A stretch of 64,000 nucleotides of DNA. Origin: Dehalococcoidia bacterium. GTDB lineage: Bacteria; Chloroflexota; Dehalococcoidia; Plut-88900. The notes under the pieces are model-generated. The model ran no database searches, was not told the DNA's origin, and was given only the letters and a program-made list of their open reading frames with translations. The DNA is taken from NCBI GenBank assembly GCA_965249275.1, contig CBDFLQ010000007.1:576001-640000 (forward strand). The letters run 5' to 3'. Both the position numbers and the translations under genes were made by a program. Shown piece by piece: positions 38,446-48,577 of this stretch. Position 1 is the stretch's first letter. Every line of letters starts with the position of its first letter.

Positions 38446-39108
38446 TCAAATCTGGACCTCTTTCAACTTTTCGCTGACATTCAGTCGGGCCCCGGTCACT
38501 GACTGCACCTCCTCGGCGCTGTAGCCCGGAGCCGTTTCCAGCAACAAGAATCCTTCCTCCGTGACCTCCACCACCGCGAGGTCGGTTACCACCAGGTTTA
38601 CGCATCCCACACCGGTCAGGAGGTATTCGCACTTTTCCACCAGCTTAGGCTCACCGTCGCGGGTTGTGTGCTCCATGGCGACTATCAACTTCTTGGCTCC
38701 CGTCACCAGCTCCATCGCGCCGCCTATGTTCCCCGAGCCCCGACCCGGCAGTATCCAGTTCGCCAGGTCTCCCTTTTCCGACACCTGGAATGCGCCCAGC
38801 ACCGTTATGTCTACGTGCCCGCCCCTGATCATGTTGAAGGCATCGGCTGAACTGAAGAAGGAGATACCCGGAGTAGCGGTTATGAACTGAGTCCCGGCGT
38901 TGATCAGGTTCGGGTCTCGCTCATCCGGCCCTGCCAGCGGACCGTACCCTAACACCCCGTTCTCCGAATGAAGCCACACCTTCCGGCCTTCCGGCAGGAA
39001 GTTGGAGCACAGAGTCGGGATGCCCGCGCCAAGGTTCACGACATCCCCGTCCTTGAACTCCCGCGCCACACGGAGCGCAATGGTCGTCCTATCGAGCTTC
39101 TGTTTCAT
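38446..39108 (-). CDS. 3-oxoacid CoA-transferase subunit B (pair 1)
   Basis: VNLGAGIPT, SENG and GGAME. Confidence 0.93.
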   Translation of the reverse strand: MKQKLDRTTIALRVAREFKDGDVVNLGAGIPTLCSNFLPEGRKVWLHSENGVLGYGPLAGPDERDPNLINAGTQFITATPGISFFSSADAFNMIRGGHVDITVLGAFQVSEKGDLANWILPGRGSGNIGGAMELVTGAKKLIVAMEHTTRDGEPKLVEKCEYLLTGVGCVNLVVTDLAVVEVTEEGFLLLETAPGYSAEEVQSVTGARLNVSEKLKEVQI

Positions 39109-39109
39109 C

Positions 39110-39841
39110 TCAGCCAATCCTGACTCTCGACTCCGGCACGTGCACAACTCTTTGCACGTACACTCCGGGTGTCACTATCTCCTCAGGATCAAGCTCCCCG
39201 ATCTCCACCACCTCCTCCGCCTCCACGATTGTGATGCGCGCGGCCGCGGCCATTATCGGGTTGAAGTTACGGGAGGTGCCCTTGTACACTAGGTTTCCCA
39301 TCCGGTCTGCCTTATGAGCGTGTATAAAGGCAAAGTCCCCACGTAATGGCGACTCCAGGATGTACTCTTCGCCGTCGAACACCCGCTTCTCCTTGCCTTC
39401 CTCCACCACCGTCCCAACCCCGACCCGCGTGTAGAATCCCCCCAGCCCCGCCGCTGCAATCCTCATCCTCTCGGTCATCGTACCCTGCGGCAGCACCTCC
39501 ACCTCGGTCTTCCCTTCCTTCAACAGTGTCTCGAACGGTGAGGGGCTTGAAGGCGATGGCGACACCGGAAATGAAGATATCCCCTTCGCCACCTGACCGT
39601 TACTCACCAACACCGACACGTCGGCGAAGCCCCTCGGCCTGTCCACCTTCGGTGAAGGAGGTCCCACTCCCATGCTGTTGCTCACGATGGTCAGGTTCTT
39701 GGCGCCATGATCCCTCAGTGCCACAAGCAGGTGGCCCGGGTGTCCACCTATACTGCTGAATCCGCCAATCAGCACGGTAACGCCGTCCGGAATGTCGGAG
39801 ACTGCGGATTTGGTGTCTGAATATACTTTGTCGACAGGCAT
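39110..39841 (-). CDS. 3-oxoacid CoA-transferase subunit A (pair 1)
   Basis: IGGF, PQGTMTERMR, NFNPIMA and VTPGVYVQRV. Confidence 0.93.
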   Translation of the reverse strand: MPVDKVYSDTKSAVSDIPDGVTVLIGGFSSIGGHPGHLLVALRDHGAKNLTIVSNSMGVGPPSPKVDRPRGFADVSVLVSNGQVAKGISSFPVSPSPSSPSPFETLLKEGKTEVEVLPQGTMTERMRIAAAGLGGFYTRVGVGTVVEEGKEKRVFDGEEYILESPLRGDFAFIHAHKADRMGNLVYKGTSRNFNPIMAAAARITIVEAEEVVEIGELDPEEIVTPGVYVQRVVHVPESRVRIG

Positions 39842-40076
39842 GGTGGCTCGCTAGTGAGAGATTTTAGCACGCCCAAACCACATCGTAACACCGATGTCCC
39901 GACACCTAATCAACCCGTTAATCCTGGGCCCGTCGAATAACAAACGGCCATATCAGACATGCCTGACTATATATCCACGCTCCCGTTGACATATCCCCCC
40001 ACCCCTCCCTACGATTACATCCGTACCGATCACAAAACCCCAGCACAAACACTCTCAAATCCGAAGGATTCCGCCA

Positions 40077-41213
40077 ATGACCACCAAGATCATAGACGCC
40101 GACAGCCACATTCTCGAACCTCCCGACCTTTGGCTCCAATACCTCGAACCCGAGCTCCAGGAACGCGCCATGCGCATAAAGACCGACTCCCAGGGACTGG
40201 AATACCTGGAAGTCGACGGCAAACCCGCCTCAGGGGTTCGAGGGGGAATGCTCGCCAACATAGCAGGAGCGGGACGCACCGACCTGGAGCATTTCCTCAC
40301 CCCCGGAGCTGTTCCGTATGAAGAGGCCCGCGCCGATGCCCCAGCCTCAGGCGACCCCGACGAGCGGGTCAAATGGTTGGACTCAGAAGGCTCCGACATG
40401 ACGCTCCTGTACCCCTCCCTTGGGCTGGACTGGCCCCAGGACTGCCGAGACCCCATCCTGTCTGCTGCCTATACCAGGGCCTACAACAACTGGCTGATCG
40501 ACTTCTGTTCCGGCCATTCAGACCGCCTCCTCCCGGTCGCCCATGTTTCCCTGTTGGACGTGGAGGAAGGCGTAAAGGAGCTTGTCAGGACCGAGGCCAA
40601 GGGCATGAAGGGCGCATATCCGCCCGTCGTACCGTTCAACGGCATCCCCTACGGCGAACCGCACTATGACCGTTTCTGGGGCACAGCCGAAGACCTGGGT
40701 GTACCCATAAGTCTTCACGTCACCGGCAACGTCCACGGTGTCGGTGGCGACCTCTATCCCAAGGCATACACTGCTCCCTTCTGGTGGTTCCTGGTCACGG
40801 ACATGGGCGACGTTCTAATCGCTTTCACCAGCCTCTTCCAGGGCGGCTTATTTGAAAGATTCCCTGAGCTGAAGATCGCTGTAGTCGAGACCGGCTCGGG
40901 CTGGCTCCCCTACTGGCTCGACAGGATGGACGGCTTCTACGACAAGATAGGTTTCACCACGCCTCTCAAGATGCGCCCCTCCGAGTATTTCAAGCGTCAA
41001 TGCTGGATCGTCGTAGATCCTGATGAAAGGACGGCTGCTTACACCATCAATTTCGTCGGGGCTGACCGATTCATGTGGGGCTCCGACTACCCCCACACCG
41101 AGGGTGAGGCCGGGGCCCTGGACGAGCTGAAGGAAAACATCGCCTCCCTGCCGGAGGATACCCAGGCCCGTGTCTTGGGCGATAATGCCGCCGAGCTATA
41201 CGGCCTGTCCTAG
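40077..41213 (+). CDS. Amidohydrolase_2-family protein
   Basis: IDADSH, ISLH, ETGSGW and WGSDYPH. Confidence 0.92.
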   Translation: MTTKIIDADSHILEPPDLWLQYLEPELQERAMRIKTDSQGLEYLEVDGKPASGVRGGMLANIAGAGRTDLEHFLTPGAVPYEEARADAPASGDPDERVKWLDSEGSDMTLLYPSLGLDWPQDCRDPILSAAYTRAYNNWLIDFCSGHSDRLLPVAHVSLLDVEEGVKELVRTEAKGMKGAYPPVVPFNGIPYGEPHYDRFWGTAEDLGVPISLHVTGNVHGVGGDLYPKAYTAPFWWFLVTDMGDVLIAFTSLFQGGLFERFPELKIAVVETGSGWLPYWLDRMDGFYDKIGFTTPLKMRPSEYFKRQCWIVVDPDERTAAYTINFVGADRFMWGSDYPHTEGEAGALDELKENIASLPEDTQARVLGDNAAELYGLS

Positions 41214-41231
41214 CACGGGACTAACCGATCC

Positions 41232-42194
41232 ATGGATATCCTCATCTGCAGCGACGGCTTCCCAGCAGTCGTCAGTTCCCTGCAAAAATACCTCCCGTCC
41301 GATAACATCATCCCCTCCGCCATCCCTGACCTTCCTCGCCATCTGCCCAACGCCGATGTCATCATCCCGGCAATGCACCGCGTCGGCCCTGAGGTCATGG
41401 ACGCCACTCGGGCTCGACTGATTAACCAGTTCGGCATAGGTCTGGAGGGTGTGGACATAGATGCAGCCACCGACAGGGGTATCTATGTCGCCAACGTTCC
41501 CGGCTCCCTGGCCACGGGCAACGCTATCTCGGTGGCAGAACTCGCCATCTTTCTAATGCTCGCCCTCGCCCGGAAATATCTCCAGGCACACGCTTCTCTT
41601 CAGGCCGGCGTCTGGGGCCAACCGCAAGGCATGAGTCTGCGAGGCAAGACCGTCGGCATCCTGGGGATGGGTACTATCGGCAAAGCCCTGGCCCGCCGCC
41701 TGCAACCATTCGAGGTTACCCTTTTGGGCATCAAGCGCGACCCCACCACCGGCATCGACGCTGATCTTGACCTGGCTTTCCTCGGCGGACCCTCCGACTT
41801 GCCCAGCGTCCTCTCCCGCTCCGACTTCCTCATCCTCGCCCTCCCCCTCACCCCCGAGACCCGTTCCATCATTGGCAAGAACGAATTTGAGCAGATGAAA
41901 AGCGGCTCCTACATCGTCAATGTCGGACGAGGGGCCGTCATTGACCACGACGCTCTGGTCAAAGCCCTGGCCTCGGGTCACATAGCCGGCGCGGGCCTCG
42001 ATGTCTTCTGGCAGGAACCTGTCGACCCCTCGGACGCCATCTTTGACTACAACGTAATTGCCACACCCCACGTCGCCGGTGTTACGGATACTTCTTACGA
42101 CGAGATCGCCAAGGGTCTCGCAGGCAACGTGGAGCGTATCCGCTCGGGGCTTCCGCCTCTCAACTGTGTCAACCTTTCCGGCATTTCCGGTTAA
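41232..42194 (+). CDS. D-isomer-specific 2-hydroxyacid dehydrogenase
   Basis: GMGTIG, NVGRG, GLDVFWQEP and TPHVAG. Confidence 0.93.
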   Translation: MDILICSDGFPAVVSSLQKYLPSDNIIPSAIPDLPRHLPNADVIIPAMHRVGPEVMDATRARLINQFGIGLEGVDIDAATDRGIYVANVPGSLATGNAISVAELAIFLMLALARKYLQAHASLQAGVWGQPQGMSLRGKTVGILGMGTIGKALARRLQPFEVTLLGIKRDPTTGIDADLDLAFLGGPSDLPSVLSRSDFLILALPLTPETRSIIGKNEFEQMKSGSYIVNVGRGAVIDHDALVKALASGHIAGAGLDVFWQEPVDPSDAIFDYNVIATPHVAGVTDTSYDEIAKGLAGNVERIRSGLPPLNCVNLSGISG

Positions 42195-42778
42195 GGCACC
42201 AACACCTCGTCCTTCCACCCATCTTTTGTCTTAGTGTAGCGGTGCCGGTCGTGAAGCCGCCCCTCCCCCGAGTGCCAAGTCTCGATCTGCTCCGGTACCA
42301 CGTACACTCCCTTCAGCGACTCAGGCAGGGGAATGTTGTCCTTGTCGGGATACCGCTTTTCCAACTCCTCAATTCCTGCGACCAAGTGGTCCCGAGACGG
42401 TACAACGGTGGTCTGCGGTTCAAAGGTCGGGTAGTACATCTCCAGCAACTTGGACCCGTGGCTCTTGTAGTTCCAGAACCGGCGCGCCTCCTCTTCTTCC
42501 ATCGACACCATCCGACCCCTGACCCGGTACTGCCGAGAAACCGTGGGCCAATATATCAGAAGCTCGAACCCCCGCCCCGACTCCAATTCTGCCCATTTCA
42601 CGCTCAGGCCGTTTAGCAGCAGCCCAAATCCTCGATGGTCGACGTCCCGGAGCGAAATCGCCCGCACCGCCCCGCCCCCGTCCTCCGACACCGTAGCCAA
42701 GAAGCAAACGTTCGCATTCAAATCCCCCCTCTCCCGGGCCTTCTCCCTCTCCGAAACTATCTCATCTATCGGGTCCAA
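42191..42778 (-). CDS. Pyridoxamine 5'-phosphate oxidase-like FMN-binding protein
   Basis: LATV....R, RQYRVRG and ETW....RLHDR.RY. Confidence 0.85.
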   Translation of the reverse strand: MDPIDEIVSEREKARERGDLNANVCFLATVSEDGGGAVRAISLRDVDHRGFGLLLNGLSVKWAELESGRGFELLIYWPTVSRQYRVRGRMVSMEEEEARRFWNYKSHGSKLLEMYYPTFEPQTTVVPSRDHLVAGIEELEKRYPDKDNIPLPESLKGVYVVPEQIETWHSGEGRLHDRHRYTKTKDGWKDEVLVP

Positions 42779-42911
42779 GGTTTTTCTCCTAGCTCATGTT
42801 CAATGTTCATGCATTTCCTAGTCGTCGTCATTCTAAAATTGGACACCACCCCTCCCCCCGTGTATCATATCTCTAGTAGAAATTAATATATCACCTCCAG
42901 GACATCGACCC

Positions 42912-44168
42912 ATCACCACAACCCGCAAGCGTTCCGGCCCCTCCGGTCGTCCCCGATATGACAGGAATCGCCCCCGTCCCCACTCCCCTCAGCCCAACGG
43001 GCGTGAGTTAAGCGGAGCCCCACCCCCCACCCCTCGAATTGAGGGCCCGTCCGGACTTTTCGGCAACATCCCCGTCTCCGCACCAATCCTACGCGCCCTA
43101 TCCGAGATGGGATACACTACTCCCACCCCCATCCAGGAACAGACCGCGCCGATTCTCTTCGAACGAAAGGACTTGGTCGGGCAGGCACAGACCGGAAGCG
43201 GCAAGACAACCGCCTTTGGCCTGCCCATGATCGAGGCCGTTGACCCTGACCTCAACCGTATACAGGGCCTCGTCCTGGTCCCCACCCGCGAGCTCGCCCT
43301 CCAGGTCACTGGAGAGGTCAACCGGCTTGCCGCCTACGCCGGTATTCACGTCGTTCCAATCTACGGCGGCGAACCCATTGCACGGCAGTTCCGAGCCCTC
43401 GATAGAGGCGCCCATATCATTGTCGGGACCCCGGGCCGGGTCATCGACCACCTGACTCGCGGCACCATCGACCTCTCTCAGGTCAGGTTCGCCGTCCTCG
43501 ACGAAGCCGACGAGATGCTTGACATTGGCTTCGCCCAGGACATGATCAAGATCCTCCGGCGCACTCCCAGGGCCCGACAGACCGCCCTATTCTCCGCCAC
43601 AGTTCCCACCTTTATCCGCCGCCTCATCTACTATCACCTAAAGGACCCCGTCTGGGTCCGTATCGGCGAGGCTATTGAGACCGTCCCAGAAACCGAGCAA
43701 CTCTATTGCGAAGTCGCCGAGCGGGACAAGCTCGCCGGTCTGTTAGAAGTCCTCGGAGACCCCGACACCCAGGACCACTCCATCATCTTCTGTAGAATGC
43801 AGACCCGTGTTGATCGCCTAGCCAACGAGCTCAACCGGCGCGGCTACGACTGCCGGGGCATCCACGGCGGGTTGCCACAAGGTGAGCGGGACTCGGTAAT
43901 GCGAGGCTTTCGCCAAGGTCGGCCCAAGCTTCTCGTCGCCACCAACGTGGCCGCCCGCGGCTTGGACGTTCCCTCCATCAAGTGCGTAATTAATTTTGAC
44001 ATGCCTGACAACGTCGAGGACTACGTCCACCGCATCGGCCGCACCAGCCGCATGGGTCGGCCCGGAACCGCAGTCACCCTGGTCAGCGAGTGGAACCTCG
44101 AGGCATTCGACCAGATCAAGGAGAAGATGGGCGACCATCTTACCGAACGTCAGTTAAGCCTCTACTAG
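42912..44168 (+). CDS. DEAD-box RNA helicase (probable non-canonical ATC start; first ATG is 43107)
   Basis: Q motif, AQTGSGKT, PTRELA, DEAD, SAT, ARGLD and HRIGRTSR. The frame is open upstream of the first ATG and contains the Q-motif Phe. Confidence 0.9.
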   Translation: MTTTRKRSGPSGRPRYDRNRPRPHSPQPNGRELSGAPPPTPRIEGPSGLFGNIPVSAPILRALSEMGYTTPTPIQEQTAPILFERKDLVGQAQTGSGKTTAFGLPMIEAVDPDLNRIQGLVLVPTRELALQVTGEVNRLAAYAGIHVVPIYGGEPIARQFRALDRGAHIIVGTPGRVIDHLTRGTIDLSQVRFAVLDEADEMLDIGFAQDMIKILRRTPRARQTALFSATVPTFIRRLIYYHLKDPVWVRIGEAIETVPETEQLYCEVAERDKLAGLLEVLGDPDTQDHSIIFCRMQTRVDRLANELNRRGYDCRGIHGGLPQGERDSVMRGFRQGRPKLLVATNVAARGLDVPSIKCVINFDMPDNVEDYVHRIGRTSRMGRPGTAVTLVSEWNLEAFDQIKEKMGDHLTERQLSLY

Positions 44169-44196
44169 CCCTTCTCACCGCTCCTGACCTCGTTTC

Positions 44197-44565
44197 TCAA
44201 CCCTCTTCCTTCTTAACTCGGCTCGCGCTTATCGTCGCCCCTGCTGTGGCTAGAATTGTTATGTAGAACACCCCACCCACCGCCGCCCCGATAACCAGGG
44301 CTCCCGTCCCTCCTGAAATCACGCTAGTCACAGATGCCAGTACTACAATGACTAACGCCGCGATGGCAGCCAGCAGTAGCCATAGCACAAACCCGAAAGC
44401 CATACCCGCCGCAAACGCCGATTCCGGCCTTTTCTCCCACCTTCCAATCCCGATGAAACCACCCACGAACGGTCCGATGGGCCCGCTTACAAAGTGCACC
44501 ACTGGAATTAGCAACAGCAGCACGGTCACCGCCAATGCCATTAGGGCTCCGCTGATCAGCTGCAT
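44197..44565 (-). CDS. Small hypothetical membrane protein
   Basis: Four Gly-rich hydrophobic helices; co-directional with the upstream operon. Confidence 0.7.
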   Translation of the reverse strand: MQLISGALMALAVTVLLLLIPVVHFVSGPIGPFVGGFIGIGRWEKRPESAFAAGMAFGFVLWLLLAAIAALVIVVLASVTSVISGGTGALVIGAAVGGVFYITILATAGATISASRVKKEEG

Positions 44566-44582
44566 AAGTTGATGTTCTTTCC

Positions 44583-45569
44583 TTAGTTACCGGGACCCGT
44601 GACAAGTGCCCCCACCGCTATCGAGTCAAGCCCCGCGTCGATCTGGTCCCAATGTTCTCCACTGTCTCCGCTCACGTAGAGCTTTCCGGAGTCGGTGCCG
44701 GCATAGACCCGGTTAGCATCGTGAGGGTCCCACTCATATGCGATTACCATGTCGTCATCTGCGCCAATGTTCAGCTGTGACCAGCTTTCCCCCGCGTCCG
44801 TCGACATATAAGCCCGTGCCCCCGATCTACGCCCCGCATTGTCCGATACCGACACCAGCACCCTCCGATGGTCCTCCGGCGCCGCCGACACGGGCACCGA
44901 GTACCGATTCGCCAGCCCCGAGTTGACTAGCCGCCACGAGTCGCCTCCATCGTCGCTTCTGTAGGGGCCGTTTGCGGTCGCGGTATAAATGGTTTCAGGC
45001 TGGCTCTCACTGATGTGGATCGTGTGGATGTCCGGGTCCGTACCCCCAAGCTGCTCCCAGGTCGCACCCCCATTCCGGCTCCTCACGATTCCACCCACCT
45101 CGATTCCAGCATATATCGAGTCATGGTCCCCAGGCCGGATTCTCAGTTCCCGCACATGGGACTTCCGAGACCCGTGGAACCCCCACTGCGCCGCTTCCGG
45201 CATACCGGCAAAGCCACGGCACTCCTCCCAAGACTCGCCGCCGTCGGTGGAGCGGTAGAGGGCCGCGGGCTCAGCGCCTGCGTATAACAAGTCTCCGTCC
45301 TTGGGGTCAACGGCCACGCTGTGTGCATACGCCTCGGGGTAAGACTTCAACTCGTGCCACGTGGCCCCGCCGTCATCGCTCCGCCACAACCCTGACTCAT
45401 ACGCCGCCAAATACACGCGCCCCGCCGAAGACCTTGATACTGATACCCGGGCCGCAGCATGGTCCAGCGTCAGCGCTCCAACCCTAGTCACTTCCCCGCC
45501 GTTACTGCCGACGTCCAGCACCCGGATCCCGTTGTGAGTCCCTATGTAAAGCCTTGTCGCTTCTTTCAT
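44583..45569 (-). CDS. BNR/Asp-box beta-propeller protein (Ycf48/VPS10-like)
   Basis: Repeated SxDGGxTW Asp boxes. Confidence 0.88.
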   Translation of the reverse strand: MKEATRLYIGTHNGIRVLDVGSNGGEVTRVGALTLDHAAARVSVSRSSAGRVYLAAYESGLWRSDDGGATWHELKSYPEAYAHSVAVDPKDGDLLYAGAEPAALYRSTDGGESWEECRGFAGMPEAAQWGFHGSRKSHVRELRIRPGDHDSIYAGIEVGGIVRSRNGGATWEQLGGTDPDIHTIHISESQPETIYTATANGPYRSDDGGDSWRLVNSGLANRYSVPVSAAPEDHRRVLVSVSDNAGRRSGARAYMSTDAGESWSQLNIGADDDMVIAYEWDPHDANRVYAGTDSGKLYVSGDSGEHWDQIDAGLDSIAVGALVTGPGN

Positions 45570-45593
45570 CGGTTGCCTTCCTCTCAAAGTTCC

Positions 45594-46880
45594 CTAGGGA
45601 CCACTCTCCATCTGCGAGGCCTGGGGCATGGGCCTCGCCGCCTGCAAAGACAATATCCCCACTGCATAGATCACAATCACTACAACGAACCCGATGGCAT
45701 AGCTGCCTCGCAGGTCGTACACCGACCCCATAAGCAGTGGCCCCAGCAACGATGAGGATACCGTAGCCATGGTCACGAATCCATATATCGTGCCGAAGTT
45801 TCGCATCCCCACCGTGTCCTGCACCAGGATCGGCAACGCCGACCCCATTCCCCCGAAACCCAACCCCAGTATCGGCGCGAACAACCACAGCGCCGAATAT
45901 CCCGGCAATGTGATGAGCGCCACCAGACAGATGCCCTGTACGAACAAGCTCAGGCTTAGCACTTTCCTGGACGCCAGCCGCTCCGTCAGGTACCCAAACG
46001 ACACCTTGCCCCCCATCCCGAATACCGCCATCAGGCTGAGAAATGCCGCTGCCTGCTCCTTCGGCAGACCCTCGGCCTCTAGGTGAGGAATGATCTGAGT
46101 CAGCATCGCCGAATAGGCAAAGCTGGCTGCCACCGTTCCGATGGTCATCGCATAGACTACGGGGCTGCGGAATGCCTCCCTCACCGTGGCCCCCTTGTCA
46201 GTGGCCAACAACGGAGCCCGAGACCCGGATACAGCAGGTTCCGGTCCGACCTTCCTCTCCCTCACGAACAGCAGCGCCAGCACCCCCACCAGCCCCGATA
46301 GCGCTCCCAACACCGTGAATCCCCACCTCCAGCTCGTTGCCGTAATCAGCGCTCCTATCGAAAACGGCAATATTATCCCCCCGAAGTTTGCCCCCATCGA
46401 CGACACCCCCATCATCCGCCCCCGAGTCCTTGGAAACCAGCTCCCCACCAGCTTCGGCCCAGCAAGCATCGTTGCCCCGGGAAACGCCACGAAATGCACT
46501 AAGCTCAGCAGGTACCAGTGCCACACGTTCTCCATCAGGGGGCGCAGCCCGAAGGTAAGTGCCAAGGTAAGGATTGACGCTGCCATCACCGGTCTCGCGC
46601 CGAACTTGTCCAGGGCCCGCCCTATCAGCGGCGCTACCAACGACGATACGGCGGCGAACGATAAGGACGCGTTCAACTGCGTCCGGTTCCACTCGAACTC
46701 CTTCTCCAGTGGTTCCACGAACAGTCCGAATGAGTAGTGCGTCCCGCCTATCCCGACAGCCATTCCCAGAAACACCACCCCGATAACCGCCCACCCATAG
46801 TCAGGCCTGATCAAGCGTACACCCGAGACCAGCCCTCTCATGTCGAATGAAGCTTGCGATAGACCCTGCTTGAGGTTCAC
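45594..46880 (-). CDS. MFS transporter
   Basis: About 12 TM segments, GRALDKFGAR motif A and WFPRTRG. Confidence 0.92.
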   Translation of the reverse strand: MNLKQGLSQASFDMRGLVSGVRLIRPDYGWAVIGVVFLGMAVGIGGTHYSFGLFVEPLEKEFEWNRTQLNASLSFAAVSSLVAPLIGRALDKFGARPVMAASILTLALTFGLRPLMENVWHWYLLSLVHFVAFPGATMLAGPKLVGSWFPRTRGRMMGVSSMGANFGGIILPFSIGALITATSWRWGFTVLGALSGLVGVLALLFVRERKVGPEPAVSGSRAPLLATDKGATVREAFRSPVVYAMTIGTVAASFAYSAMLTQIIPHLEAEGLPKEQAAAFLSLMAVFGMGGKVSFGYLTERLASRKVLSLSLFVQGICLVALITLPGYSALWLFAPILGLGFGGMGSALPILVQDTVGMRNFGTIYGFVTMATVSSSLLGPLLMGSVYDLRGSYAIGFVVVIVIYAVGILSLQAARPMPQASQMESGP

Positions 46881-46929
46881 GTTCCCCTTCGTAAGACCGC
46901 GTCGAGACCATGAAGCTCGAATGCGGCTA

Positions 46930-47880
46930 TCAATTCTGCGATGGGACCTTCATCAGATTTTCGCTCAGCAAACGGATGTGCTCCGGCCCTATTCCGCAGC
47001 ACCCGCCAATGAGCCGGGCCCCGGCTTCCACCCAGGTTTCCGCCTGCCGTAGATAGTCGCCCGGGGAGATCACCGCATCGAAATTCCAGTTTGGACGGCT
47101 CCAGTACCCCGAGTGCGCGTACGCCCCCATGGGCCCGTCCCAGTTCTCTTTCATAACTTCAAGCGATGGCACTATGTACTCCACCTCCGAGTGCATGACA
47201 ATTACCATGTCTCCACCCAGGGACTTCACGCCGTCCAAGACTTCCTCAAAGGTCAGCCCCTCCACAGTCGAATACTCGGACAGCGCCATTACGGGCTTCC
47301 CCGGCTCGACCATGCTGCTCAAGCCCGACCACACCGGTATCCCGGTTGCCAGTGCCGCTTCCACTATCACGCTGGCCCGCTCCACGTCCCTCAGCATCTC
47401 CAGAAGGAACAGATCGACACCCTCCTCCGCCAATATCTCCGCCTGTTCCCGGTAGCTTTCTTTGAGGAGGTCGAGCGGTGGCGACTCGTGCCCCAGAATC
47501 TCGGTGTAAGCCCCGAACGGTGATATCGATCCCGCCACAAGGACTGTCCTCCCCTCTGATGCCTCATCCACCGCTTGTTTGGCCAGCGACACGGCCATTG
47601 CGTTTATCTCCCGGGTCGCATCACCCTGTCCCGCAGCAGACAGGCTGTGTCTCGCCGAGGAGAACGTGTTTGTTGTAATCACGTCGGCCCCCGCACGAAT
47701 GTAATCCTTGTGCACTTCTAGCAGGGTTTCACTGCCAATCTTGCTCCCAAGCCCCGACCACACCAGCTGGTCCATCGGCACCCCCCGCTTTTCTATCTCC
47801 GTGCTGATCGCGCCGTCGAGGAGCACAACCTCTCCCCCGTCCAATCGTTCTTTCACGATGTCGTAAGCTGCGCTGGCCAT
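46930..47880 (-). CDS. Homocysteine S-methyltransferase-family protein
   Basis: LLDGA, HKDYIRAGADVITTNTF, AGSISP and IGGCCGIGPEHI. Confidence 0.9.
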   Translation of the reverse strand: MASAAYDIVKERLDGGEVVLLDGAISTEIEKRGVPMDQLVWSGLGSKIGSETLLEVHKDYIRAGADVITTNTFSSARHSLSAAGQGDATREINAMAVSLAKQAVDEASEGRTVLVAGSISPFGAYTEILGHESPPLDLLKESYREQAEILAEEGVDLFLLEMLRDVERASVIVEAALATGIPVWSGLSSMVEPGKPVMALSEYSTVEGLTFEEVLDGVKSLGGDMVIVMHSEVEYIVPSLEVMKENWDGPMGAYAHSGYWSRPNWNFDAVISPGDYLRQAETWVEAGARLIGGCCGIGPEHIRLLSENLMKVPSQN

Positions 47881-48007
47881 CTGGCAATTCCCTCCCTGCG
47901 TATGGATTCCACCTACGCACATACCCTTGGCCCCGACAGTATATCCCACCTTCTTAAACCGATGGTCTAGCCCACAAACAGGTGTGATATCACTCCGCAC
48001 CTTCCTC

Positions 48008-48530
48008 CCATCCCGAGGCCTCGCGAGGGATCTCAAACGCCTGCTTGCACAACACAAATGCCTATCCGACCATCCTTGTCCCCCTTCCACCCCCTCCCAT
48101 CATTCCCGACCCCTATCGGGCGGAACGTGCGCCTATGGCGTGAATCCATCCCTTACCTCTCTCGTCATTCTCGTGCCCCGACACGGGAATCCATCCCCGG
48201 TGCGGGGCCGCTCATCCTGAGCTAAGTCGAAGGGTCGAGCGATGGGTGGCCCACCTTAGCCAATTCGTTGCCCGTGCCACCCCCCACCCCCTCCCGTCAT
48301 TCCCGGCCCCTATCGGGAATCCATCCCCCTTCCCCCCCAGTACTGAACTAGAGGGAGACGTTGGCGCGTCTGCGCCAACGTCTCCCTCTGTTCTTATCTC
48401 CCCCTCTCTCTTGAAGGCCCTAAGGGTCGAAGATGTCGTAGATGCGCCTGGGCGTGCGCCCGTGGCGTGAGAGGGGGACAAAAGGGGTGAGGGTTCCCCG
48501 GTGGGGTTGGGGCGGCGTCCCCTAAAAGTG
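48008..48530. repeat. Cluster of REP/MITE-like palindromic repeats
   Basis: Three TCATTCYCG...GAATCCATCCC units (~48098-48152, 48164-48198, 48296-48329), a perfect 18-bp stem at 48350-48389, and a CCCCCTCTC...GAGAGGGGG pair. Confidence 0.7.
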
Positions 48531-48541
48531 ACACGAACCCC

Positions 48542-48571
48542 TTGACCTCACCTGAACATCCGTGCTATTCT
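48542..48571 (+). promoter_or_regulatory. Sigma70 promoter of ncRNA copy 2 with a LexA-like box
   Basis: TTGACC (48542-48547), 18 bp, TATTCT (48566-48571) with extended -10 TG. GAAC-ATCC-GTGC at 48554-48565. Confidence 0.65.
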
Positions 48572-48577
48572 CCCCAC

